Below, piece after piece: positions 25,039 through 35,995 of a stretch of DNA of 64,000 nucleotides. The translations under genes were made by a program, and so were the position numbers. This DNA comes from Octopus sinensis (lineage: Eukaryota): NCBI RefSeq assembly GCF_006345805.1, contig NC_043015.1:46128001-46192000 (forward strand), in the 5' to 3' direction. How positions within the stretch are numbered: the stretch's first letter is position 1; each line of letters begins with the position of its first letter. Below the pieces are notes generated by a model. That model was not told the origin of the DNA, made no database searches, and saw nothing but the letters and a program-made list of their open reading frames with translations.

Positions 25039-25113
25039 TTATCTGCTATTGTTGCTAACTGTTCATCGTTGACAGCTCTTCGCACCTCAGCACGGTGCCG
25101 CTCTGTAGATATG
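25039..25113 (-). CDS. EMSY: EMSY coding exon 2 (ENT domain; not in ORF track)
   Basis: ttgcag|C ATA TCT ACA GAG CGG CAC... = (S)ISTERHRAEVRRAVNDEQLATIAD; donor AA|gtgagt; 75 nt, phase 2 to 2. Confidence 0.95.
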
Positions 25114-25255
25114 CTGCAATAAGGAAATGACATTCATGAATAGGAATACATCTTCAAGGAACAGTTAGGAATACAAGAATTATTATATTTCAAATAGCAA
25201 AACCAAAAACACAACACAATAACAAAACAAGAATCAACACTGGTTTGGCACAAAC

Positions 25256-25416
25256 CTCAAAGCATGCTGTAGGTCTTTGAGTATCTTTTTCTTATCTTTG
25301 GTGAGAATTCCTTGTGCTCTGAATGCAGAGATGAGGGAAGAGTAGGCTTCAAGCTCCAGGCGGCGTAAAATCCGTTTAGACTCATCCCGAGATAAGTCCA
25401 GTAACAATGGCCACAT
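25256..25416 (-). CDS. EMSY: EMSY coding exon 1 (ATG at 25416; ENT domain N-half); exon starts at 25450 after ctttcag
   Basis: Encodes MWPLLLDLSRDE...KDLQHAL plus AG; donor AG|GTTTGT, phase 2. Confidence 0.95.
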
Positions 25417-25631
25417 ACTGTCACCAGCTGCTGCCACCTGGTGCAGGTTACTGAAAGTTTGGATGGAACATCATGAGAGCTTTAGGAAACAAATGAAAAA
25501 AAAAAAAAAGATAATTTATATAAAAATTAAAATGAAACAATGCACAGTACATAACAGCATAATAATATTTTTAAAAATTTCACGTTTTTAATACTAAATG
25601 TTTAAACACCTTTTAAGTTCCTTCATTATAT

Positions 25632-26205
25632 ATTTCTTTACTACCCACAAGGGGCTAAACGCAGAGGGGACAAACAAGGACAGACAAACGAATTAAGTCG
25701 ATTACATCGACCCCAGTGCGTAACTGGTACTTATTTAATCGACCCCGAAAGGATGAAAGGCAAAGTCGACCTCGGCAGAATTTGAACTCAGAACGTAGCA
25801 GCAGACGAAATACCTATTTCTTTACTACCCACAAGGGGCTAAACACAAAGGGGACAAACGGATTAAGTCGATTACATTGACCCCAGTGCGTAACTGGTAC
25901 TTAATTTATCGACCCCGAAAGGATGAAAGGCAAAGTCGAACTCGGCGGAATTTGAACCCAGAATGTAACGACAGACGAAATACCTATTTCTTTACTACCC
26001 ACAAGGGGCTAAACACAGAGGGGACAAACAAGGACAGACAAACGGATTAAGTCGATTACATCGACCCCAGTGCGTAACTGGTACTTAATTTATCGACCCC
26101 GAAAGGATGAAAGGCAAAGTCGACCTTGGCGGAATTTGAACTCAGAACGTAACGGCAGACGAAATACGGCTACGCCTTTCGCCCGGTGTGCTAACGTTTC
26201 TGCCA
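25632..26205 (-). mobile_element. second SINE family, head plus 3 tandem units
   Basis: Same junction at about 25813 and 25983. Confidence 0.88.
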
Positions 26206-28546
26206 TGCGTGTGTATGTGTATTCCTGAACTGTATAAATCAGAAATTCATATCCCATGACTAAGTGGAGCAGCTTGTTAGGGCAGTGGTGAATTTATTTA
26301 GCAGTATCAGCTCTAAGTAGTGTTCAGGCATATGCGAACTTTAGGTATACGCATTCCGGTATCCCTCTTGATGGTGTCAAGCCAGCGGGTTCTTGGTCAG
26401 CCTCTTCCTCTCTTGCCACTGACCATTCCAAGCATGATGTCCTTCTCCAGGGATTTTCTCTGCATAATATGACCGAAATATGCCAATCTATTTGTAAATT
26501 AGGTAGGCATAATTCATCCCTGCTTTTCAATCTCAGTATTTAAGGTATGCATAATACTGCTGTAGTACACGTGCTGCATACATTTCTACGACACCTTCGA
26601 CATATATAAAGGTAGAAACAGCTCTACCTTCAACTCAGTCGCACACCTGTGTTTCGCTTATTTTGTGTGTTTTACTCCATAAAAGTCGCCAACTACCTAC
26701 CCTGAGTAATTACTGACGCCACATGCCTGTCCTATACATTTAAACATAGACTGGCAAATCCTGAACAGAAAGTCAAATTCTATTCCCTCAAGTCAATCCT
26801 TCTATATCAAATGGCTGGATGAATGCTCTTCTATTTTGGTTATCTTTGAAACATAAACACAACTGAAATCTTCACTTATTTTCAGAAAAATCTTAATGAC
26901 ACAACTAAAGGAAGGTCTTTATCAAGCGAGAGATATGCTTACCAAATTCTTATTTCTTTATTGCCCACAAGGGGCTAAACATAGAGGGGACAAACAAGGA
27001 CAAACAAAGGGACTAAGTCGATTACATCGATCCCAGTGCAAAACTGGTACTTATTTAATCGACCCCAAAAGGATGAAAGGCAAAGTTGACTTCGGTGGAA
27101 TTTCAACTCAGAACGTAAAGGCAGACGAAATACCGCTAAGCATATTGCCCGGCGTGCTAACATTTCTGCCAGCTTGCCGCCTTTACCAAATTCTATTAGC
27201 GAATCCATTTCCCTTTTATGTTTCAAACTAATGCTTTGTTCATTCATTTACTCATTCAGTAAGCTTTTCCATATTAGTACAGCTTGACAATAACAGTAAC
27301 GAAGGCCTTTTTTTTTACAGCTAGGTGCTCTTCCCATTGCTAACCCTTAGCTGTATTTCAAGTCAGAGATCCTTCTTCCGCATATCATCAAAAGTGCTGA
27401 GTTACAAGACAATTTGTCTGAAAGTGAGAGAGAAGAGGACATTTGGAATCATCTCAGGCAATCACTAAGTGAAACACCAGGTCGTTCACCTTGATGCTAT
27501 CTGGCAGAGACCACATAGGCACTGGAGCTTGGCTAAGTAGATTCAGCAAAGCTTGCAGCTGTTGTGTGTGCTTGTATATCTGCTCTGCCTGAGCTTCAGT
27601 GTTAATACAGTAAGCATGAATCCTCTCCCTTTCTCAGTATGTAGACTCCGTCTAAGGCAAAAAAACCCCAGTTCAGTGACATTTGTGTATGTTGGCAAAC
27701 TATAAAACATTCTCCTTACTATATTTCCATGAAGTTAAGTGTCCAATTGATAGGCAGACAGATGAGGAAGTTTATAGCTTGCATCATATAAAAAGAAGGA
27801 CACGGCCGTGTACTCCAAAAATATACTATGTTCGAGGACTGAGGAAGGATGGGCTGATTACACTGAGAATGATCTGGTACACAGGTGTCTTTGACCAGAT
27901 CTGATCCTAGGACTAAACTGCACACACGCAAACACACACACACACGTGAGCAGCAAACATCATGTCTGTCAGCCTACTACTCCTCAACGCTAGAGATAGA
28001 GAGAGAGAGAGAGAAAAACTGCTATTCATCATATATATTGTTTACAGGCTACCTGCTAAACTTGGGTGTGTGTAAGGGGTGGATGTCTATAAATACATCC
28101 TATTCTGATCTACTTAAAAATTTTTTTTTTAAATTGGCTAAATTTCAAATTTAAATTCCTAAAATCTTAATGCATAAACATGCCAATTTATTGGCTGTCC
28201 GGATCTCTTCAAAAACACACAATTTTCTATACCATCATTATCAATATATATATTTTTTTGCAAAATTTTAAATAATGCCATGGCAGTTTTCTGTCTACTA
28301 CAAAATAACAATAATAATAATAATAATAATAATAGTAATAATATAGTAGGTGTATGTATGGAAAACACTCGGCGAGAACCGGAAGAAAATTTGAAGAAAG
28401 ACGGAAAAAACATAATAATAATAATAATCATGGTTTCGAATTTTGGCACAAGGCCAGCAAGTTTATAAACACTTTCCATGCTGCAATTGTTTTCGTTCCA
28501 GCACACGATCTCAGATCAAGTCACTCGCTATGCAAGTACATTTCCG

Positions 28547-28854
28547 TAATAATAATAATAAAATAATAATAATATAATAATAATAATATAATAATAAAAT
28601 AATAATAATATAATAATAATAATAAAATAATGATAATAATAAAATAATAAAAATAAAATAATAATATAATAATAATAATAAATAATAATAAAGTAATAAT
28701 AATAATAATAAATAATAATAATAATAAAATAATAATAATATAATAATAATAATATAATAATAATAATAATAATATAATAATAATAATAAAATGATAATAA
28801 TAAAATAATAAAAATAAAATAATAATATAATAATAATAATAAAATAATAATAAA

Positions 28855-28892
<38 letters not shown>

Positions 28893-28911
28893 TAATAATA
28901 ATATAATAATA

Positions 28912-28944
<33 letters not shown>

Positions 28945-29127
28945 TAATAATAATAATAAAAATAAAATAATAATATAATAATAAATAATAATAAAGTAAT
29001 AATAATAATAATAATAATAACAATAATAATAATAACAACAATAATAATAATAATGATAATAATAAAATTATAATAATAATAATAATAATAATAATTATAA
29101 TAATAATAAAAAAAAATAATAATAATA
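28547..29127. repeat. long imperfect (AAT)n microsatellite, about 580 bp
   Basis: Direct reading; it explains the poly-I/L/Y ORFs. Confidence 0.97.
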
Positions 29128-29710
29128 CTTTCTAAGACAGGCACAAGGTCTGAAATTTAGGAGGAGGGGGCTAGTTGATTACATCTACACGAGAAGGATG
29201 GGAGGCAAAGTTGAGCTCCTCGGAATCTGAATTCAGAGCATAAAGACAGATGAAAAGCCGCTAAGCATTTTGTCCAGCGTGCAATGGTTCTTACTCCCTT
29301 TCAATGCCTAAATAAATAAGGAATAATAACAACAACAACAACAGCAACCGTGGTTTCTCTTTATTAACCGGGGCTACAGGTTTTACAAAGAGATCGAGGC
29401 GAGGATGATGCCATAGAAAATAATAATAATGATAATAATCGGAGTAGTGATGGAAATAGAAGATGTGTTACGAAAAATAAAATGAAGTCTCACTTAAAAT
29501 GACCCCTAAAATATATTAAAAAAAAAAAACAAAAAAAACTCAGACTAGATAGTAATCTAGCCTTCCGTTTTGCAGAGAAATCTAAGTCCACTTGGTGACT
29601 AAAAAGGGAGAGAGGGGAAAAAAAAAAAATTCATAAAAGAGTCTCCGAAATACTGCGAACCTACAACTAACTCATATCAACATACTATTAGCAGTAGCAA
29701 TACATGTGCT

Positions 29711-29826
29711 AGTTAGTGGTGGTGGTAGTAGAAGTAGTAGTAGTGGTAGTAGTATATATGGTGGTGATAGTAGTAGTAGTAGTGGTAGTAGTATATATGG
29801 TGGTGATAGTAGTAGTGGTGGTGGTG

Positions 29827-29858
<32 letters not shown>

Positions 29859-29913
29859 GGTGGTGGTAGTAGTAGTGGTGGTGGTAGTAGTAGTGGTGGT
29901 GGTAGTAGTAGCG

Positions 29914-29945
<32 letters not shown>

Positions 29946-30015
29946 GGTGGTAGTAGTAGTGGTGGTGGTAGTAGTGGTGGTAGTAGTAGTGGTGGTGGTA
30001 GTAGTAGTGGTGGTG

Positions 30016-30074
<59 letters not shown>

Positions 30075-30083
30075 GGTGGTAGC

Positions 30084-30130
<47 letters not shown>

Positions 30131-30140
30131 CAGCAGTGGT
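29711..30140. repeat. compound (AGT)n/(GGT)n microsatellite, about 430 bp
   Basis: Direct reading; it explains the poly-S/G, poly-V, poly-P/L and poly-H/Y ORFs. Confidence 0.97.
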
Positions 30141-30913
30141 ACGGAACCAGTGATGGCTTTTGCATGAAAGTGAGAGTCTGCCTGCAAACGGAGGAGACTC
30201 GCAAGCCAGGTTGTTGCAGCTGTGAATGTTGTGGATGCTGTGGTTTTAGCCCCGGGCCAGCTTCGACAGAGCAGCTATGATCAAAAAGACCTGACGTTCC
30301 AGCCTCTCACATATATGCAAAACCAAATAAATGCACAGAGTATCGAGTGATAGAGAGAGAGAGAGAGTACTGTTATAGAAGTAGCAGTAGCAACAGTAGT
30401 CAAATATATACACAAGGAGACTATGAGAAAAACCTTCTACTTTAAGACTTACATAGGTATCTTTTATCTTTTACTTCTTCCAGTCATTAGACTGCGGCCA
30501 TGCTGGGGCATGAAGAATTTTTTGTCGAACGAATCAACCCCAGTACTTTTTTTTTTTAAAGCCTGATATTTATTCTATCAGTCTCTATTGCTGAACTGCT
30601 AAGTTATGGTGATGTAAACACACTAACATCAGTTGCCAAGCAATGAAAGGAGGACAAATACAATCACACATAAATACACACATATATATATATATATCAT
30701 CATCATCATCATCATCGTCGTTTAACGTCCGTTTTCCGCGCTAGCACGGGTTGGACAGTTCGACCGGTGTCTGGGAAGCCAGGGCTGCACCAGGCTCCAG
30801 TCTGATCTGGCAGTCTTTCTACAGCTGGATATCCTTCCTAACGCCAACCACTCCGTGAGTGTAGTGGGTGCTTTTTACATGCCACCTGCACAGGTGCCAG
30901 GGGGGTCTGGCAC

Positions 30914-30944
<31 letters not shown>

Positions 30945-30955
<11 letters not shown>

Positions 30956-31115
30956 AATAAGCAACAAGAATGACTCCGGTAATTTGGTACGATCGTTTCA
31001 TACTACATCATTTTATTAAATGTTGTAAGTATTACAACATTTAGTAAAATGATGTAGTACGAAACGATTGTACCAAATTACCGGAGTCATTCTTGTTGCT
31101 TATTTTGATTATAAT
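30945..31115. repeat. 171-bp near-perfect palindrome (84-bp arms, 3-nt loop, 3 transition mismatches)
   Basis: Read directly from the sequence. Confidence 0.95.
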
Positions 31116-33312
31116 CACCCCACGGATTTTTATGGATAACACCATACAGAATTCTGGTGCATCTAAATTAAGTACCATATTCATTTGAATCTAAATTTTT
31201 GCTGAACTTCTATATATTTATATATATACGACAGGCTTCTTTCAGTTTCTGTCTACCAAATTCACTGACAAGCTGTGCAGTTAAAAGTTATAGGCGCAGG
31301 AGTGGCTGTGTGGTAAGTAGATTGCTTACCAACATCATGGTTCTGGGTTCAGTCCCACTGCGTAGCACCTTGGGTTAGTGTCATCTACTATACTCTCAAG
31401 CTGACCAAAACCTTGTGAGTGGATCTGGTAGACGGAAACTGAAAGAAGCCCATTGTGTGTGTGTGTGTCTGTGTTTGTTCCCCCCACCGCCATCGCTTGA
31501 CAACTGATGCTGGTGTGTTTACATGCTCGTAACTTAGTGGTTCAGCAAAAGATACCGAGGAATAAGTAAGGAATTTGGTAAGCAGAAACTGAAAGAAGCC
31601 CATCGCATACACACACACACACACACGGGTCAGACCTGGTTGCATGACACACTTTCTTAACCCCCACAATCATGCATGTACTTGATGGTTACTTCCTTCA
31701 AACAAATCCCAATCTTTCGTATTGTTAGAATGGAAGTGACATGTCCCTTGCCCAGACAAACATGCCCGTAAGACCAACCTCTAAACATTATATAAACCCT
31801 TGATATGAATGAACAACTTTAGCCCCGACAGCAACTGGGGAATCAGTTGTTGTAGATCTGCACCAGCAACAACAAATGCAAATAAAAAAAAACCAGAAAT
31901 AAATGCAGAGTAAAAGTATATGCTATGAGGCAAAGGAATACTCTCTCTTTTACTCGTTTCAGTCATTTGACTGCGGCCATGCTGGAGCACCGCCTTTTTT
32001 AGACGAGCAACTCGACCCCGGGACTTATTCTTTTGTAAGGCCAGTACTTATTCTATCGGTCTCTTTTGCTGAACCGCTAAGTAACGGGGATGTAAACACA
32101 CAAACATCGGTTGTCAAGCAATGCTAGGGGGACAAACACACACACGCATATACATATATACGACGGGCTTCTTTCAGTTTCCGTCTACCAAATCCAGTCA
32201 CAAGGCTTTGGTCGGCCCGAGGCTATAGAAGACACTTGCTCAAGGTGCCACGCAGTGGGACTGAACACGGAACCATGTGGTTGGTAAACAAGCTACTTAC
32301 CACACAGCCACTCATAATGTTTTTAGCATGGGGCCCTTTTATGAGAGAGAGATTAATTACAAAAAAAATCTTACCAGCCACTCATTAACCATTAACCCTT
32401 CAGCATTCAAACTGGCCATATCTGGCTCAAATATTCTTCCTGATTCATGTTCAAACTGGATAATCTAGCCCCTTCTCACTACCCTATGATATAATTCTAA
32501 AAATATACAATCATCGTCAAAATCTCAGAGCTTACAACATAGTGTATGTTTAACACAAAACATTGTCATTATCATTTATCATCATTTAACGTCCGCCTTC
32601 CATGCTGGTATGGGTTGGACGGTTTGACTGAGGACTGGTAAGTCAGGAGGCTGCACCAGACACCAATCTGATCTGGCAAGGTTTCTACAGCTGGATGCCC
32701 TTCATACAGCTAGATGCCAACCACTCTGGGAGCATAGTGGTTACTGTACACGTGCCACCAGCATGGGAGCCAGTCGGGGGGCACTGGCATCAACCATGTT
32801 TGAATGGTGCTTATTACATGCCACCGACACAGGACCCAGTAGGGGGGCACTGGCACCGACCAGGTTTGGATGGTGCTTTTTACATGTCACAGGCACAGGA
32901 GCCAGTAACGGGGCTCTGGCATCGAGTATGTTCGAGGGTGCTTATATATGCCGTCGGCACGGGAGCCAGTCAAGGGGCCCTGGAATCAACCATGTTCACA
33001 TGGTGATTTTGTGCCACCAGCACGGGAAGCCAGTCAGACAGCAGTAGCATTGACCCATGCCCGAAATGGTGCTTATTACGTTCCACCAGCGTGGATATGA
33101 ATAAATAAGCATTACATTTGACAGAGTAATCTGAATGCTAAAGGGTCACACAGACACTTAATGCATCCCTGGTTGTGATGCAGGAGTCACGGTAACAATG
33201 GACAAAAGTATTGGGTTGACGAGTATTTGGTTTTCATACAGAAGAGAGTTGATTTTAGCCCCAGGTCAACCTTGAAGCGGATTGTTGACTGACTAAAGGC
33301 ATTCCACCCATG

Positions 33313-33735
33313 GAAGGCGGCGAGCTGGCTGAAACGTTAGCAAACCGGGCGAAATGCGTAGCCGTATTTCGTCTGCCGTTACGTTCTGAGTTCAAATTCC
33401 GCCGAGGTCGACTTTGCCTTTCATCCTTTCGGGGTCGATAAATTAAGTACCAGTTACTCACTGGGGTCAATATAATCAACTTAATCCGTTTGTCTGTCCT
33501 TTGTTTGTCCCCTCTATGTTTAGCCCCTTGTGGGTAATAAAGAAATAGGTATTTCGTCTGTCGTTACGTTCTGAGTTCAAATTCCACCGAGGTCGACTTT
33601 GCCTTTCATCCTTTCGGGGTCGATAAATTAAATACCAGTTACGCACTGGGGTCGATGTAATCAACTTAATCCGTTTGTCTGTCCTTGTTTGTCTCCTCTG
33701 TGTTTAGCCCCTTGTGGGTAGTAAAAGAAATAGGT
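33313..33735 (+). mobile_element. second SINE family dimer with a 12-bp TSD; monomers at about 5015-5240, 15110-15345, 26953-27183, 37135-37350
   Basis: attccacccatg at 33301-33312 and 33736-33747. Confidence 0.88.
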
Positions 33736-35324
33736 ATTCCACCCATGATGATCGTGTCTTTTTCCAATGTGCAGGTAACCAATGGCTACATATGCTACGG
33801 GAGATTTGGCTATTATTTCCAGCAGCAAGAGTAACCACATAGAAGCAAATTTGCTGGTTCCAGTAGAGATGTATGGTGGGCAGAAATTAGTGGTAGGTAA
33901 ATGCAAATATTAACATACAAGTAAAACCATTAGCTACTTAATAGCGAAAATGGTTATTCTTTTATCAAAAGACTATACTGTTGCTAGGTATCAGCTCATA
34001 GTTTATCACTAAGTATAGTCATAACTAGCTGAAACCAAATATTGATGGTGATAACATGAATGTGCTTTTGTACTAAGAACACCCACTCTCTCAGTGGCAC
34101 AGTCTTACTAGCTTAAAACTACTACTACAGGCATTAATTCTATTAGACCAGTAGTTTAATGCTATTTCAGTTTTGAAATATATAGGCACAGGAGTGGCTG
34201 TGTAGTAAGTAGCTTGCTTACCAACCACATGGATCCAAGTTCAGTCCCACTGTGTGGCACCTTGGGCAAGTGTCTTCTACTTCTACTATAACCTTGAGCC
34301 GACCAAAGCCTTGTGAGTGGATTTGGTAGACAGAAACTGAAAGAAGCCCGTCATATATATATATATATATATATCAATATTAAAATCAAAATCAAATCAA
34401 ATCAGATATCAGAAAGCAGAACCAAAATCGAAGCCGATCAACATCAATGGAAATTGCAGCTGTGATACCAGTGCCGGTGACAAGTAAGCGAACCATCCGA
34501 TCGTGGCTGTTGCCAGCGCCGCCCCGACGGCAAGTAAAAAGCACCATCCGTTCGTGGCCGTTGCCAGCCTCGCCTGGCCCCCGTGCCAGTGGCACGTAAA
34601 AAGCACCATCCGTTCGTGGCCGTTGCCAGCCTCGCCTGGCCCCCGTGCCAGTGGCACATAAAAAGCACCATCCGTTCATGGCCGTTGCCAGCCTCGCCTG
34701 GCCCCTGTGACAGTGGCACGTATAAAGCACCATCCGTCCGTGGTTGTCTGCCAGCTCCATCTGGCACCTGTGCGGGTGGCACGTAAAAAGCACCATCCGT
34801 CCGTGGCCGCCTGCCAGCTCAGTCTGGCACCTGTGCGGGTGGCACATAAAAAGCACCCACTTCACTCTCGGAGCGGTTGGCGTTAGGAAGGGCACCCAGT
34901 CGTAGAAACACTGCCAGATCAGACTGGGCCTGAAGCAGCCTTCTGGCTTCACAGACCCCAGTTGAACCGTCCAACCCATGCTAGCATGGAAAGCGGATGA
35001 TGATGATGATGATGATGTGTGTTTGTCTGTGTTTATACCCCCAACATCGCTTGACAACCGATGCTGGTGTGTTTATATCCCTGTAACTTAGCGGCTTGGC
35101 AAGAGCGTGGCCACAGTCAAATGACAGAAACGAATAATAAATATATATTATGTGGTTTGACCAGGTCCACACTAGCACATCCGGGAAATCTAGTCGATAC
35201 CTGTCAGACAGTTGGAATCGTCTGTCTGAGGTCCTTGTTACTTGATGAACAGTACAAACCCCAGGTAGACAAAATACCTTCAATCAACAACGTCACGATA
35301 TTGTATACTGTGCAACGTCTGCAT

Positions 35325-35995
35325 ACAGGTAGTCATGATGGGTATATTGGGCTTCGTATATTTTACCCAGGTGCCACTTTGATGGATTGCACTGCTCTCT
35401 CACTCAATAATAATAATAATAATAATAATGCCCTGATGCAGTACCAGGCAGTGGCTCTCGTGGCTTCTGATCTTAACTTACTGGAAGTGTTATCATGTAC
35501 ATTGTTTTGTCTTGGTATAAAAGATGGGCTACAGCAAATATTCTGCTCAATACCACAGATTTGCTTGTCAGTTGTTTGACTGTAACCAGTTGAGCATGTC
35601 CCTTGGTGGCTGACGATATGTGCATCTCTGATCACGAGCAGAAGTAGTGGGGGAGCATCATAGCCGTGTGTCGAGAGGGATTCTTTGGGGTTTGAATAAT
35701 TCATCTTTGGAAACATGGGTGTTTCATTCAACATCCTTAAACAACCCATATTCAGGGACCTTTTGAGCAGGATGGGTTACTCGACCAGAAGAAAATTCTA
35801 ACTTGGCCTCCACCTGCAAGGTCATGTGCTGTTTATCTTGATATGAGATCACCATGTCGCGCACATATGGTTGTGATGCATGTGCCAGGTGTACCCTTAT
35901 CAGATGGGTATACTGGGCTTCATATATTTTACTCCAGTGTCACTTTGATGGCATGCACTGCTCTCTTACTCAATAATAATAATAATAATAATCAG
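35325..35995 (+). mobile_element. (AAT)n-tailed retroelement end present as a tandem partial duplicate; related piece at about 43195-43355
   Basis: The 3' block gatgggtata.tgggcttc...cactgctctct.actc(aat)n occurs at about 35337-35428 and 35903-35992. Confidence 0.55.

Larger units (their letters stand above)
380..25450 (-). other. EMSY: EMSY-like gene body (14 identified coding exons; 5' UTR exon(s) upstream and 3' end unresolved)
   Basis: Exons join in frame with GT-AG boundaries. The N-terminus MWPLLLDLSRDESKRILRRLELEAYSSLISAFRAQGILTKDKKKILKDLQHALSISTERHRAEVRRAVNDEQLATIADK matches the ENT domain of EMSY. Downstream motifs (MSPVKIT, TQKVI, IQIKxExGxKIITQ, SKILPKP, PNVIVV, ALLEMQ) occur in the order I recall for vertebrate EMSY. 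Confidence 0.95.

Noticed and set aside
28511-30204. Long ORFs of poly-I/L/Y, poly-S/G, poly-V, poly-P/L and poly-H/Y
   Set aside because: They are translations of triplet microsatellites, open in several frames and on both strands.
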